A stretch of DNA of 64,000 nt from an uncultured Candidatus Saccharibacteria bacterium (GCA_964446735.1 CAYUQB010000001.1:444460-508459), one strand, 5' to 3'. Shown: positions 47,401-56,929, numbered from the stretch's first letter. Notes: generated by a model not told the origin, from the sequence alone. Numbers and translations: made by a program.

Positions 47401-47830
47401 ACGGATGCTCGCGTCAGAAGCACTCCGCGCTCGTCAGGGTGCTGGCGTGAAGGTCCGCCAGCCGCTTTCAACACTTTCTATACCAGGAAAGCTTCCTCAG
47501 GAATTTGCGCTCCTTCTGGCAGAAGAAGTGAATGTAAAAGAAGTCATCATGGAGCAAGAGGCACTTTCGCTTGCAACCGAACTCACTCCTGACCTTATCC
47601 GCGAAGGTGATGCGCGTGAGTTTCTGCGTGCACTTGCAGATGCACGAAAAGAAACCGGACTATCTCCACACGACCGCATTGCACTGACGGTCTCTCCAGA
47701 AGGTGAGGGCGTACTTGCTGGCTTAAGTATTCCGGCGGTGACGTCCATTGCGTACGGCTATGCGGATGATCATGCGGTAGAGCTTTCGTTTGGAAAGCTT
47801 GGGTTCTCCTTCCTGCTCAATGCGTCATAA
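44417..47830 (+). CDS. ileS: Isoleucyl-tRNA synthetase (type 2-like) carrying an inserted histidine-phosphatase (phosphoglycerate-mutase-like) domain of about 180 aa
   Basis: PPTANGRPGVHH (HIGH-type), CP1 editing domain (WTTTPWTLPGN), KMSKSKGN, and the C-terminal anticodon-binding region. Between ...VVVGSIEELRSRRK and YAPPQKGSWMKLDF...DLHRPYIDD there is a complete RHG-type phosphatase: FLMRHAEAEQN...SPFRRTRETAEI...LMVTHGVAFESL. Confidence 0.85.
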   Translation: MADIDTDAVEKSEAVLREEEVLRFWKENRIFEKSLERGSDKHPFIFYEGPPTANGRPGVHHMESRSFKDAIPRYKTMRGFNVPRRGGWDTHGLPVELEVEKQLGFSGKQDIETYGIAEFNKKCRESVFSYIDEWKKFSDRMGYWVDQDEAYFTFDASYMESLWSIFKKVSDDGRLYKDYRVVPWCVSCGTALSSHELAQGYEEVKDLSLTVKFELVNEPGTFVLAWTTTPWTLPGNVALAVGEKIAYGLYQKDDQKVIVADALAPKVLGEGWVRTEDRPTAGLIGQEYRPLYPFAREVAPESEQPKFDAAYRIYTADFVNTEDGTGIVHTAVMYGQDDFELGSKVGLPKVHLVAPDGRFVSGTGFLEGASVIDSETNVAVLKDLQEKGLFFAKENYAHEYPHCWRSKNRLVYYARDSWYIRMTELRDYLIDENKTVNWEPSYIRDGRMGEWLANVRDWAISRERYWGTPLPVWQSADGSEQVVVGSIEELRSRRKRSGNTYFLMRHAEAEQNVKRIVNSGDLNAYGITDLGKQQALESAQQFKQENVSIIYASPFRRTRETAEIIADELGIPRSEIVYDVRLRELDFGDLNECPYDDFTAYRKEHLHAYSDSLPSGESWLDARRRFGHFIYEMEQMHQGKNILMVTHGVAFESLLMITEGKNHRESQEFLQSYAPPQKGSWMKLDFVPLPHNDDYELDLHRPYIDDVVLLSDSGTELRRTPEVMDVWFDSGAMPFAQDHYPFENKEWIDTKGYPADFISEAIDQTRGWFYTLLAVGVLMGKGAAYKNVICLGHLLDEAGQKMSKSKGNIIEPMKAIDRYGADTLRFWMYYVNQPGDSKNFDEKTVKEAARVLSWFEHSVKFYQLFGGAEGKAEEQIIDTWMRTRVSETIGEVTTTLDAYDLYTATRRISTLIEDLSQWYVRRVRDRVRDGDVAASTALRDTLQAIAVLLAPFAPFIAEWGYQAVRDAEDPESVHLADWYEAGTVDTTLIEHMATTRMLASEALRARQGAGVKVRQPLSTLSIPGKLPQEFALLLAEEVNVKEVIMEQEALSLATELTPDLIREGDAREFLRALADARKETGLSPHDRIALTVSPEGEGVLAGLSIPAVTSIAYGYADDHAVELSFGKLGFSFLLNAS

Positions 47831-48380
47831 GTACACGACCGGAGGGGTAGTTCTTGCACGCACTCCGCTTCGGGAAGCAGGCATGCTCATAACACTCCTT
47901 ACCCCCGATCTGGGGCTTGTGCGGGCACGTGCTGAAGGGGTGCGACGTTCGGGTGCGAAGCTTGCCCACGCGCTTCAGACGTTGTGTCAATCGCGGTTGA
48001 TGCTGGTACGCGGCAGAGAAGGGTGGCGCATTACGGGAGCGGCACTCGATACTAACCGCTTTCTGGAGCTCCCTCCTTCCGAACGTGCTCGGGTCGCACG
48101 CGTCGCGCAGCTTCTCATTCGTCTCGTGCATGATGAGTCGAATGATCCAGCACTCCACGACACGTTCACCCAATTCGTTACGATGCTCCCCACGCTCTCA
48201 AAAGGGGAAGGGGAGATAGCCGAACTCCTCGTGGTCCTACGGCTTCTGGCAACGCTTGGGCTGGTCCGTGAGGCACTCCCGCCTCCTGGGTACGATGCAT
48301 CGGCTCTTCGCTATGGGGAGGAACATCGCAGTGAGCTTATTTCTCGCATCAATCGCGGGATCACGGCCTCAGGACTCTAA
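47820..48380 (+). CDS. recO: DNA repair protein RecO
   Basis: N-terminal OB fold (TTGGVVLARTPLREAGMLITLLTPDLGLVRARAEGVRRSGAKL) and a helical C-terminal domain. Confidence 0.7.
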   Translation: MRHKYTTGGVVLARTPLREAGMLITLLTPDLGLVRARAEGVRRSGAKLAHALQTLCQSRLMLVRGREGWRITGAALDTNRFLELPPSERARVARVAQLLIRLVHDESNDPALHDTFTQFVTMLPTLSKGEGEIAELLVVLRLLATLGLVREALPPPGYDASALRYGEEHRSELISRINRGITASGL

Positions 48381-48383
48381 CGA

Positions 48384-50282
48384 GTGCGCTATACTTGCGC
48401 CATGGCGGACGAGGAATTGAATTCCCTCGAGAAAGTACAGCGCCGCTTGTACGGCTCAGAATCACCACCGGTCTTCGATACCCCGGTGCTTAAGGAGCGT
48501 GCTGCTGAGCGTACCGGTGGCTGGGATAAGCTGAAGGCGGGTTCCGAAGGACTGCGCAAAGAGGCGGAGCACATCTCCGGACCGGCTCGGTTTTTTATTG
48601 TTGCCTTTGCATTCTTCTTGGTAACTGGAGGTGGAGCCGTGATCTACCTCATCTATGGTGGGCGGATCGTGTCGACCAATAACGTGAACATTGCGGTGCA
48701 GGGTCCGACGTCGATAGCGAGTGGCGACACCGTTTCGCTCCTCGTTACTATCGAGAACCGGAATCCCGTGGCCATGAAAAAGCCTCGGATCACCCTTGAT
48801 TTCCCCGAGGGGACAAAATCAGCAGATGATACTTCGCTGCCGCTTTCCCTCTATGCAAGTGAGCTTGAAGATATCCCTTCGGGTGGGAAGGCTGAGGTAA
48901 GTGTGCGTGCGGCCGTGTATGGGAGTGAAGGTCAGAACGTCACGGTGCCGCTTAAGGTCGAGTACCGTACCGATAGTAGTAATTCGGTGTTTGTGAAGCA
49001 GAAGCAATACTCGTTCATCATCACCTCGTCACCCATCAGCCTCAATATCTCCTCGCTTACGCAGGCGTCTGCTGGGCAAACGGTCACGATTGACGTGGCA
49101 GTGAAGAGTAATGCGAACGGTCCGGTCAATGATGTTGCGGTAGTCGCCCAGTATCCTTTTGGGTTCACACTCACCCGCAGCGATCCACAGCCAACCACCG
49201 GTTCGGTATTCACTTTTGGTACGCTCGGGCCGGGTGAAGAACGTCGTATCAGTATTACGGGGACTGTCTCGGGAGAAAACAACGACGAGCGCATCTTCAA
49301 ATTCACCGCGGGTACGCTTGCCTCTAGTGGAGGGACTTCGCTCGCGACCTCGTTTACGAGCAAGGAGACTCTCATACGTCTCACCAAGCCATTCCTTGCA
49401 ACTACACTCTCAGTTAATCGCGATACCTCTACAAGCCCGGTGATTGAGGCGGGCGTACCAGTTGCGGTGACTGTTTCGTGGGTTAACACACTTCCAAAGC
49501 CCGTGACGAACGCGCGGGTATCAGTTCAGATCGTTGGCGACGCACTTGATCCTGCAAGCGTTACGGGCGCCGGCTTCTATCGTTCGAGTGATAACACCGT
49601 GTTATTTGATGCTAGTACGAATCCCGGCCTCGCTGCACTACAGCCAGGCGATACAGGGCAGGGGACGTTCACCTTTGCTACGAAGCGCTCGGCACTCTCA
49701 ATGAGTAATCCAAGCGTTGTACTCAAGGTGTCAGTCGCGGGGCAACGGCTTTCGGAAAGCAACGTTCCTGAAACTATAACGGCGACACTTACGCGGACGG
49801 TAAAAGTCGGAACAAATCTTGCTCTCACTTCACGTGCGGTGCGCACCACAGGGCCGTTCACAAACGTGGGTCCGTGGCCTCCCGAAGCAAATAAGGAGAG
49901 TACGTACACGGTAATGTATACGCTCAACAATTCTGGCAACACAGTCGCAGGAACACAGATAACTGCCGCGCTGCCTTCCTATGTACGCTTCACTGGTGCC
50001 ACGAACCCGAACGATGGATCCGTAAAATATGATGACGCTTCTCGTACGGTGACTTGGAGTGCAGGTGATGTCACCGCTGGGGCGAGTAAAACGGCAGCGT
50101 TCCAGATTGCGATCACACCGAGTGTTTCCCAGCAGAATACGGCACCGGTACTCCTGTATGCTCAGCAGGTGACCGGCGTCGATCGGTTCACCCAGCGTAC
50201 GATTACTGGAAGCGTACCGGAGCTCACCACAGAAGTGAGTAAGGACCCGGCCTACACCGCTGGAGTTGGTAAGGTGAAATAA
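48384..50282 (+). CDS. Membrane-anchored cell-surface protein with about four DUF11/CARDB-like beta-sandwich repeats
   Basis: TM helix (FFIVAFAFFLVTGGGAVIYLIYG). Repeated segments GDTVSLLVTIENRNPVAM / GQTVTIDVAVKSNANGPVNDV / GVPVAVTVSWVNTLPKPVTNA / STYTVMYTLNNSGNTVAGT. Confidence 0.5.
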   Translation: MRYTCAMADEELNSLEKVQRRLYGSESPPVFDTPVLKERAAERTGGWDKLKAGSEGLRKEAEHISGPARFFIVAFAFFLVTGGGAVIYLIYGGRIVSTNNVNIAVQGPTSIASGDTVSLLVTIENRNPVAMKKPRITLDFPEGTKSADDTSLPLSLYASELEDIPSGGKAEVSVRAAVYGSEGQNVTVPLKVEYRTDSSNSVFVKQKQYSFIITSSPISLNISSLTQASAGQTVTIDVAVKSNANGPVNDVAVVAQYPFGFTLTRSDPQPTTGSVFTFGTLGPGEERRISITGTVSGENNDERIFKFTAGTLASSGGTSLATSFTSKETLIRLTKPFLATTLSVNRDTSTSPVIEAGVPVAVTVSWVNTLPKPVTNARVSVQIVGDALDPASVTGAGFYRSSDNTVLFDASTNPGLAALQPGDTGQGTFTFATKRSALSMSNPSVVLKVSVAGQRLSESNVPETITATLTRTVKVGTNLALTSRAVRTTGPFTNVGPWPPEANKESTYTVMYTLNNSGNTVAGTQITAALPSYVRFTGATNPNDGSVKYDDASRTVTWSAGDVTAGASKTAAFQIAITPSVSQQNTAPVLLYAQQVTGVDRFTQRTITGSVPELTTEVSKDPAYTAGVGKVK

Positions 50283-50301
50283 TTCGCGTAGTATCGACCC
50301 T

Positions 50302-51690
50302 ATGGAAACACCCAGTCTCGATACCATAGTCTCTTTGGCTAAGCGCCGAGGGTTCGTATTCCCTGGCTCCGAGATATACGGCGGTTTTGCTGGTACCTAC
50401 GACTGGGGACCGCTTGGTGTTCCGCTTCGCGAGAACGTCATGAATCTCTGGAACAGGGCTATGAGAAGTCACGACGATATAGCACCACTTGATTCAAGTA
50501 TCGTTACCGCAGGTGCAGTGTGGGAGGCTAGTGGCCACGTACATAATTTCTCAGATCCGCTCGTTGCCTGTCTGGCCTGCGGGACTAAGCATCGGGCAGA
50601 TCATCTACTTGAGGCAATTGGCGTGCAAGCAGATGAAAAAATGACTGAGAAGGAGTTGAATGCGCTTTTTGATGCTAATCGCGACAAGCTTGTATGTACG
50701 AATTGTGGAAAAAAGGACTTTGATGTCGTGACGAATCGGTACCTCTTGGCGACAACCAATCTCGGAATGATTTCTGACGACGATCCGCAGGTCTACCTGC
50801 GAGGGGAGACAGCACAGGGAATTTATATCAACTATAAGAATGTGCTCGACTCAGGATTCTACAAAGTCCCATTCGGTATCGCACAAGTTGGTAAAGCGTT
50901 TCGCAACGAGATTAATCCACGCCAATTTCTTTTCCGTAAACGGGAGTTCGAGCAGATGGAGATGCAGTACTTTGTGCATCCCAACCAAGCGGTGCACGTA
51001 TTCGAGGAGTGGCGTAACGAGCGCATGGCATATTATGCCCAACTCGGCATTCGGAAAGAAAAACTTCGTTGGAAGCAGCATGAGAATCTCGTTTTCTACG
51101 CCAAGGATGCTTGGGATATTGAATACGAGTTTCCCTTCGGATGGGGTGAGCTCGAAGGTCTCCACTATCGAGGAGAATATGATCTCTCGCAACACCAGAA
51201 GTTCTCTGGAGTGGACCTCACATTTTTCGACGAAGAGACGAAGGAACGCTTCATACCACATGTGGTGGAAGCATCTGTTGGTCTCGACCGCTCGATATTG
51301 ATGGTACTCGCCGATGCATATCGCGAGGACGAAATGAATGGTGAAACTCGGGCATACCTGGCCTTTGATCCGAAAGTCGCACCGATAAAAGCAATGGTTT
51401 CTCCGCTTCTGAAGAACAAGCCTGAGCTCGTCGAGAAAGCGAAAGAAGTCCGTAACGAACTTCGAAAGGCACATCCTGCTATCGCATGGGACGACAATGG
51501 AAATATTGGTAAGCGGTACCGTAGACAGGACGAAATAGGAACCCCGTTCTGCATCACCATTGATTTCGACACACTCGGCGAGACGGCGGATTTAAAAGAT
51601 ACGGTCACGTTGCGTCATCGCGACACCGGGGAGCAGGAACGGCTTACGGTTGCTGAAGTAGCAGAGCGTATCCGGGCCGCCGTAGGCTAA
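50302..51690 (+). CDS. glyQS: Glycyl-tRNA synthetase (dimeric class II, GlyQS type)
   Basis: RRGFVFPGSEIYGGFAGTYDWGPLG; class II motifs; C-terminal anticodon-binding domain. Confidence 0.9.
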   Translation: METPSLDTIVSLAKRRGFVFPGSEIYGGFAGTYDWGPLGVPLRENVMNLWNRAMRSHDDIAPLDSSIVTAGAVWEASGHVHNFSDPLVACLACGTKHRADHLLEAIGVQADEKMTEKELNALFDANRDKLVCTNCGKKDFDVVTNRYLLATTNLGMISDDDPQVYLRGETAQGIYINYKNVLDSGFYKVPFGIAQVGKAFRNEINPRQFLFRKREFEQMEMQYFVHPNQAVHVFEEWRNERMAYYAQLGIRKEKLRWKQHENLVFYAKDAWDIEYEFPFGWGELEGLHYRGEYDLSQHQKFSGVDLTFFDEETKERFIPHVVEASVGLDRSILMVLADAYREDEMNGETRAYLAFDPKVAPIKAMVSPLLKNKPELVEKAKEVRNELRKAHPAIAWDDNGNIGKRYRRQDEIGTPFCITIDFDTLGETADLKDTVTLRHRDTGEQERLTVAEVAERIRAAVG

Positions 51691-51739
51691 GGGATTCAGC
51701 CAATCCTGCCACGCACACGTTTCGTGCTAGGATGCGCGT

Positions 51740-52792
51740 ATGGACAAGCAAATACAGGTCTCGATCACTCCGGGGACCATCATCACCGCCCTTATTATCG
51801 GGGCAGTGGCGTTTGCGGTGTGGACTCTGCGTGACCTCGCGCTTTTGGTACTGACGGCCATCGTAATTGCATCCGCCATTGAGCCGGGCGTCGTCTTCTT
51901 CACCCGTCGCAAATTCCACCGGGTGTTTGCGGTGCTGCTCATGTATCTTCTTGTATTCGGATCGCTTTTCGCTTCCGTCTATTTCTTTATTCCGCCCATG
52001 CTTGATGATGCGAGCAACTTTCTCTCGGTCATGTCGCAGTATTTGGGAACACTTCCGATACCGGGTGCGCCGGATCCTAATGCTGCCGTACAAGCCGCGT
52101 CGAGCTCACAGCTTTCAGGAATGCTCGACACACTGTTTACAATTGAGCGAGCGTTTGTCGATCCATCAGCTGGAGCATTTAAGATCGTCTCGACGTTCTT
52201 CGGGGGACTCTTTTCGCTTCTTCTTGTCGTTATTCTTTCGTTCTACTTCGCTGTTCAAGATACCGGCATTGAGGAATTCTTAAAACTCATTACGCCCCAT
52301 AAGCACGAGCAGTATGTGGTCGGACTGTGGCGCCGCGCGCAGCGCAAGATCGGTCTCTGGATGCAGGGTCAGCTACTCTCCTCGCTTATGAGCGGCGTCA
52401 TTGTGTATCTGGGCTTACTCATTCTGGGTATCCCCTATGCGCTACTCCTTGCGGTATTCACCGCAATTGCGGGGTTAGTACCGATCTTCGGTTCCTTCGT
52501 TGCTGCGGTTCCAGCAATCATCATTGCGTTTACGACAGGCGGCGTCACGCTCGCGCTCATCGTGGCGGGCCTCTTCCTTATCGTGAATCAGTTTGAAGCA
52601 CATCTTATACATCCGTTGGTGGTGAATAAGGTGGTAGGTATTCCGCCGCTTCTGGTTATTCTCGCCCTCATTGTCGGCGGCCAACTAGCAGGCTTCTTGG
52701 GAGTCGTGCTGGCAATCCCCGTTGCAGCAGCATTGCGCGAATTCCTCGCTGACCTTGATCGTGGCAAGCGTGCTCGTGCACAATCGGCGTAA
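51740..52792 (+). CDS. AI-2E family transporter (UPF0118 / PerM-like)
   Basis: 8-TM topology with the conserved GLWMQGQLLSSLMSGV..GIPYALLLAVFTAIAGLVPIFGS pattern. Confidence 0.75.
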   Translation: MDKQIQVSITPGTIITALIIGAVAFAVWTLRDLALLVLTAIVIASAIEPGVVFFTRRKFHRVFAVLLMYLLVFGSLFASVYFFIPPMLDDASNFLSVMSQYLGTLPIPGAPDPNAAVQAASSSQLSGMLDTLFTIERAFVDPSAGAFKIVSTFFGGLFSLLLVVILSFYFAVQDTGIEEFLKLITPHKHEQYVVGLWRRAQRKIGLWMQGQLLSSLMSGVIVYLGLLILGIPYALLLAVFTAIAGLVPIFGSFVAAVPAIIIAFTTGGVTLALIVAGLFLIVNQFEAHLIHPLVVNKVVGIPPLLVILALIVGGQLAGFLGVVLAIPVAAALREFLADLDRGKRARAQSA

Positions 52793-54231
52793 TGGCTCGG
52801 TACATAACCCCCACGATTGCGTATGTGAACGCCGATCCCCATATCGGCTATGCTCTCGAACTTATTCAGAGCGATACGCTTGCTCGCCTGTGGCGACTTG
52901 AAGGTGAAGACGTGTTCTTCAATACGGGAGCAGATGAGCACGGACAGAAGATATTTGAAGCTGCTCAGAAGAACGGTCAGGATGTGCAGGCATATGTCGA
53001 TCACTACGCCGACGAGCTCCGCAAGCTTAAGGATGCGCTTGATTTATCTCCAGACAATTTCATCCGAACAACCAGTCCCGAGCATAAAGCGGCAGCGCAG
53101 GAGATGTGGCGTATCTGTGACGCGGCAGGCGACATTTATAAGAAGTCGTACACCGGACTGTATTGCGTCGGGTGTGAACTCTACAAGAACGAGAAGGACC
53201 TGAACGAAGACGGTTTTTGTCTCATCCACCCGAGCCTAAAGCCTCAGACGCTCTCGGAAGAGAATTACTTCTTCCGGTTCTCAAAGTATCAAGACGCATT
53301 GCTTAGCTACCTCGACCGTCCCGATGTACTTATTCCTGACTGGAGAAGGGAAGAAGCACGAAATTTTATCGAAGGTGGTCTTGAGGACTTCAGCATTTCG
53401 CGGGAGAAAGCACGTCTGTCGTGGGGGGTTCCAGTTCCCGGCGACGACTCTCAAGTCATGTACGTATGGTTCGACGCGCTCACTGATTATCTTTCGACAC
53501 TTGGCTGGCCAGAGGATGCGGAAGGCAAGTTCGAGAAGTTCTGGCAGAACGGTCGTACAGTACAGGTGGCTGGTAAAGACCAGGTCCGGTTCCAGTCCCT
53601 AATGTGGCAGGCAATGCTCATGTCGGCAGGTATACAAAACACCGACCAGATTTTCTATCACGGCTTCATTACGTCAGGAGGTCAGCGTATGAGCAAGTCG
53701 CTTGGTAACGTCATCAGTCCCTACGAGCTGGTTGAGAAATACGGCACCGATGCGACTCGGTATCTACTTTTGCGCCATGTGCATGCGACTGATGATTCGG
53801 ATGTCACCTGGGAGAAGCTCGATGAGTGGTATACCGCAAATCTCGTGAATGGGTTGGGGAATCTGGTGGCCCGGGTAATGAAGCTGGCAGAAGAACATCT
53901 ATCGCAGCCGGTTGAACTCGCCAAAGAAGATACCGCTCTGGAACAAGGATTCGTCGGTTTGCTTGACCGGTTTGCATTCAACGAAGCCATGGACCTGGTG
54001 TGGGAGCACGTTGGGAAGGGCGATGAATTCATGACGAGTCGAGAGCCTTATAAGAAAATCAAGAATCCTGAAACCGTAGAAGAGGCCCGGTCGGATATCG
54101 AAAAGCTCGTAACACATCTTGCAAAAATTGCTGTGCATTTAACGCCGATTATGCCGAGAACCAGCGAAGCGATTATCGAATCAATACGCACGAACACGAA
54201 ACCGGATAATCTTTTTCCTCGCCTTCCATAA
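52792..54231 (+). CDS. metG: Methionyl-tRNA synthetase (core enzyme without the C-terminal tRNA-binding domain)
   Basis: YITPTIAYVNADPHIGYALE (HIGH); KMSKSLGNVI; 479 aa. Confidence 0.9.
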   Translation: MARYITPTIAYVNADPHIGYALELIQSDTLARLWRLEGEDVFFNTGADEHGQKIFEAAQKNGQDVQAYVDHYADELRKLKDALDLSPDNFIRTTSPEHKAAAQEMWRICDAAGDIYKKSYTGLYCVGCELYKNEKDLNEDGFCLIHPSLKPQTLSEENYFFRFSKYQDALLSYLDRPDVLIPDWRREEARNFIEGGLEDFSISREKARLSWGVPVPGDDSQVMYVWFDALTDYLSTLGWPEDAEGKFEKFWQNGRTVQVAGKDQVRFQSLMWQAMLMSAGIQNTDQIFYHGFITSGGQRMSKSLGNVISPYELVEKYGTDATRYLLLRHVHATDDSDVTWEKLDEWYTANLVNGLGNLVARVMKLAEEHLSQPVELAKEDTALEQGFVGLLDRFAFNEAMDLVWEHVGKGDEFMTSREPYKKIKNPETVEEARSDIEKLVTHLAKIAVHLTPIMPRTSEAIIESIRTNTKPDNLFPRLP

Positions 54232-54233
54232 CC

Positions 54234-55022
54234 ATGCGCTACTTTGACGCGCATTGTCACATTCAGTTCGATCCGTACGATGAGGACCGTGATGCGCTTA
54301 TCGGACGCATGCGAACGGAGGCGATTGGTGGACTCGTGGTGGGTACGAACCTCGAATCATCGCAGAAGGCAGTGGCGCTGGGGCAGATGCATGAGCATCT
54401 CTATGCCAGCGTAGGGCTCCACCCGAACGCTGTCGACGTCGAGGAATTTGATATCTCTACGTTTGAAGATCTTGCAAAGAATGACAAGGTGGTTGCGATA
54501 GGGGAGTGCGGACTTGATTACTATCGTCCCGAGGACCCCGATGCAGCAAAAGAGAAACAGAAGGAACTATTTCAAGCACATGTCGACCTGGCAGTGCGAG
54601 TTGGAAAACCGCTCATAATCCATGCGCGCCCGACGAGGGGGACTATGAACGCATACGAAGATGCACTCGACATACTCGAGGCGGTAAAGCGAGAGCATCC
54701 CGATCTCCGAGGCGATTTCCATTTCTTTGTAGGTGATGTGGCGACCGCGGAACGGATTGTTGCGCTCGACTTTACAGTGTCATTCACGGCGGTGCTTACG
54801 TTTGCTCGCGACTATGACAATGTGGTGCGATCGGTGCCACGCACCCATATCCTTTCTGAAACAGATGCTCCATACGTGGCACCCTTGAGCCGTCGTGGCG
54901 AGCGCAATGATCCATTCGCAATTCCCGAGATTGTTAGGTTAATTGCACAGATACGAGGTGAGAGTGAGGAAGTCGTACAACAGGCAGTCCTAAAAAACGC
55001 ACAACACCTTTTTCGGATATAA
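54234..55022 (+). CDS. tatD: TatD-family metal-dependent deoxyribonuclease
   Basis: MRYFDAHCHIQFD... and other TatD His/Asp motifs. Confidence 0.85.
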   Translation: MRYFDAHCHIQFDPYDEDRDALIGRMRTEAIGGLVVGTNLESSQKAVALGQMHEHLYASVGLHPNAVDVEEFDISTFEDLAKNDKVVAIGECGLDYYRPEDPDAAKEKQKELFQAHVDLAVRVGKPLIIHARPTRGTMNAYEDALDILEAVKREHPDLRGDFHFFVGDVATAERIVALDFTVSFTAVLTFARDYDNVVRSVPRTHILSETDAPYVAPLSRRGERNDPFAIPEIVRLIAQIRGESEEVVQQAVLKNAQHLFRI

Positions 55023-55028
55023 AACGAA

Positions 55029-55051
55029 CACCGCCCGGGCGAGGGGCGGTG
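55029..55051. terminator. Bidirectional GC-rich hairpin caccgccc-gggcgag-gggcggtg between convergent tatD and the GC-rich ORF
   Basis: 8-bp perfect stem, seen in the sequence. Confidence 0.4.
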
Positions 55052-55058
55052 CGGCCGT

Positions 55059-55622
55059 TTAGGCAGGGTAGAGCTGGGCGAGTCGCCAGCGATTCTTGAT
55101 CCGGGAGAAGAACTCGTAGACCTCACGGAATAGACGAATCGCGAGCGGTTCCTCCGGATCGAAGGTCTCGATCCACCAGCACGGGACGACTTGATCGTGG
55201 GCGCGTACGACCGTGTTCGCAATGAACGCGAGCCGGCTGAAACGCCACGTCTCGACGACGAAAATAACTCGGTCGTAGATGATCCCAGCGCGTGCCTGCT
55301 CATGCAGGAAACGCAGAACCTCCTCGACCTCGCCGTGCGTGGTGAACTCCTCCGCCTCGCCACACTTGATGGTGGGATGGTGGAGGGCGGCATGATGCAG
55401 ATACTGGTGCATGATCCAGCCCATCGGCGCGCCCTTGAACTTCGGGCCAGCCCTCCCGGCCGGCGTGAAGATCGTGACGTTTGCCGAGCGAGTTTCCACC
55501 CACTTGTGTCCGTGCTTCAGCGCCGTTTCGCAGGCAAGAGCGGTCCGCGGTCCGCAGACCACATCGCCCTCCGGAGTCCACTCAAGGTCCCCGGCGATCG
55601 GTACGATAAGAACAGTGGCCAC
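55059..55622 (-). CDS. Hypothetical protein in a high-GC island (possibly DUF218/YdcF-like)
   Basis: 187 aa ORF at about 62% GC, clearly above its neighbours. The pattern VLIVPIAGD...GEAEEFTTHGEVEEV is reminiscent of DUF218 proteins, but assignment is weak. Confidence 0.45.
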   Translation of the reverse strand: MATVLIVPIAGDLEWTPEGDVVCGPRTALACETALKHGHKWVETRSANVTIFTPAGRAGPKFKGAPMGWIMHQYLHHAALHHPTIKCGEAEEFTTHGEVEEVLRFLHEQARAGIIYDRVIFVVETWRFSRLAFIANTVVRAHDQVVPCWWIETFDPEEPLAIRLFREVYEFFSRIKNRWRLAQLYPA

Positions 55623-55742
55623 CGGGAGCCTCCTTTCAGTTGCCGGTTGTGAGGAAAACTATACTATGCAAAGTTGAAAAGGCAAGTGTCGCCAGCTCCA
55701 TTCGTTGCTGGCCGAAAAGGAGCGTGCTACAGTGCGCCTGTT

Positions 55743-56246
55743 ATGAAAAAAGAATTCGACCACGGTGCAGAGGGCACCGAGTCTGAGCTTGAGGCGGGAT
55801 ATAACGAGTCCCGAATCTACGAGCTCGGCTTCCACCTCGATTCTGAACTTCCGAGCGAAGAAGTGAAGAAGACTTATCAGAACCTTCGCGATGTTATCGC
55901 AGGCGTGGGAACTCTCGTTGCCGAGGGTGAACCTACCAAGGTCGCTCTTGCGTATACCATTTCTCGCAGTGAGCAAGCTGGCCGACGTGACTTCACGAGT
56001 GCTTTCTTTTGCTGGATCGCATACGAGACCGCTGGAGAAGGGCATGACGCAGTACTTGAGGCAGTGAAAGCTGAACCACGAGTCATTCGCTACCTCGATA
56101 TCCGCACCACCAAAGAAGCTGCCAAGCATGCTGAAGAGATGGCGGAAATCTACGCTCGCACTCCGGAACCTGAAGACGGTGCTCCTGAAGAGGAGGTCTC
56201 CGATACCGAGCTCGATGCAGCACTGAAGGAAGCGGGTGCCGCATAA
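55743..56246 (+). CDS. rpsF: 30S ribosomal protein S6 with an acidic C-terminal tail
   Basis: ESRIYELGFHLDSE...VLEAVKAEPRVIRYLDIRT (compare S6 HYEIVFMVHPD...). Start uncertain; the longer ORF from 55674 is possible. Confidence 0.75.
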   Translation: MKKEFDHGAEGTESELEAGYNESRIYELGFHLDSELPSEEVKKTYQNLRDVIAGVGTLVAEGEPTKVALAYTISRSEQAGRRDFTSAFFCWIAYETAGEGHDAVLEAVKAEPRVIRYLDIRTTKEAAKHAEEMAEIYARTPEPEDGAPEEEVSDTELDAALKEAGAA

Positions 56247-56264
56247 GGCGGTATACTGGAACGC

Positions 56265-56711
56265 ATGTATATCAACAAAGTCCAGCTCTACGGGAACCTG
56301 ACCCGAGACCCAGAAGTGAAAGCACTTCCTTCTGGTCAACAGGTCGCTAATTTTAGCGTCGCTACCAACCGTACGTTCAAGGATAAGAATGGTGCACGAC
56401 AGGAACAGACCGAGTTCCATAACGTAGTCGCATTCGGCCGCACCGCAGAGGTCATAGGTCAGTATATGAAGAAGGGTCGTCCTATATTCGTGGAAGGCCG
56501 TATGCAAACCCGCTCATGGGACAAGGATGGTCAGAAGCAGTATCGTACCGAAGTCATCGTCGAGAGCTTCCAGTTTGGACCAGGCGGCGGTATGGGAGAG
56601 GGAGGTCCTCGAAGCTCAGAGTCGGTGGCCGCAAACGATTCTGTCGACATGGGAAGCGACTCCATTCAGTATCCTGACGAAGAGATTAATCCGGAAGATA
56701 TTCCGTTCTAA
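56265..56711 (+). CDS. ssb: Single-stranded DNA-binding protein
   Basis: OB fold (VQLYGNLTRDPEVKALPSGQQVANFSVATNR...FHNVVAFGRTAEV), a Gly-rich linker, and the C-terminal DIPF. Confidence 0.9.
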   Translation: MYINKVQLYGNLTRDPEVKALPSGQQVANFSVATNRTFKDKNGARQEQTEFHNVVAFGRTAEVIGQYMKKGRPIFVEGRMQTRSWDKDGQKQYRTEVIVESFQFGPGGGMGEGGPRSSESVAANDSVDMGSDSIQYPDEEINPEDIPF

Positions 56712-56722
56712 CGAAAGCAATC

Positions 56723-56929
56723 ATGGCATATCAAGCAGAGCGCGAGGAAATCGAGCACAAGAAGTTTGTCGATTACAAGGACATCGCCTATCTACGGCAG
56801 TTCACGAATCCGCACGCAAAGATCCTTGGCAAGAAGCGTACAGGCATCAGTGCAGATAAGCAGCGTGAAATCGCACTTGCGATCAAGCGTGCCCGCTATA
56901 TGGCACTCATGCCGTATTTGACTGCGTAA
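56723..56929 (+). CDS. rpsR: 30S ribosomal protein S18
   Basis: FVDYKDIAYLRQFTNPHAKILGKKRTGISADKQREIALAIKRARYMALMPY. Confidence 0.9.
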   Translation: MAYQAEREEIEHKKFVDYKDIAYLRQFTNPHAKILGKKRTGISADKQREIALAIKRARYMALMPYLTA

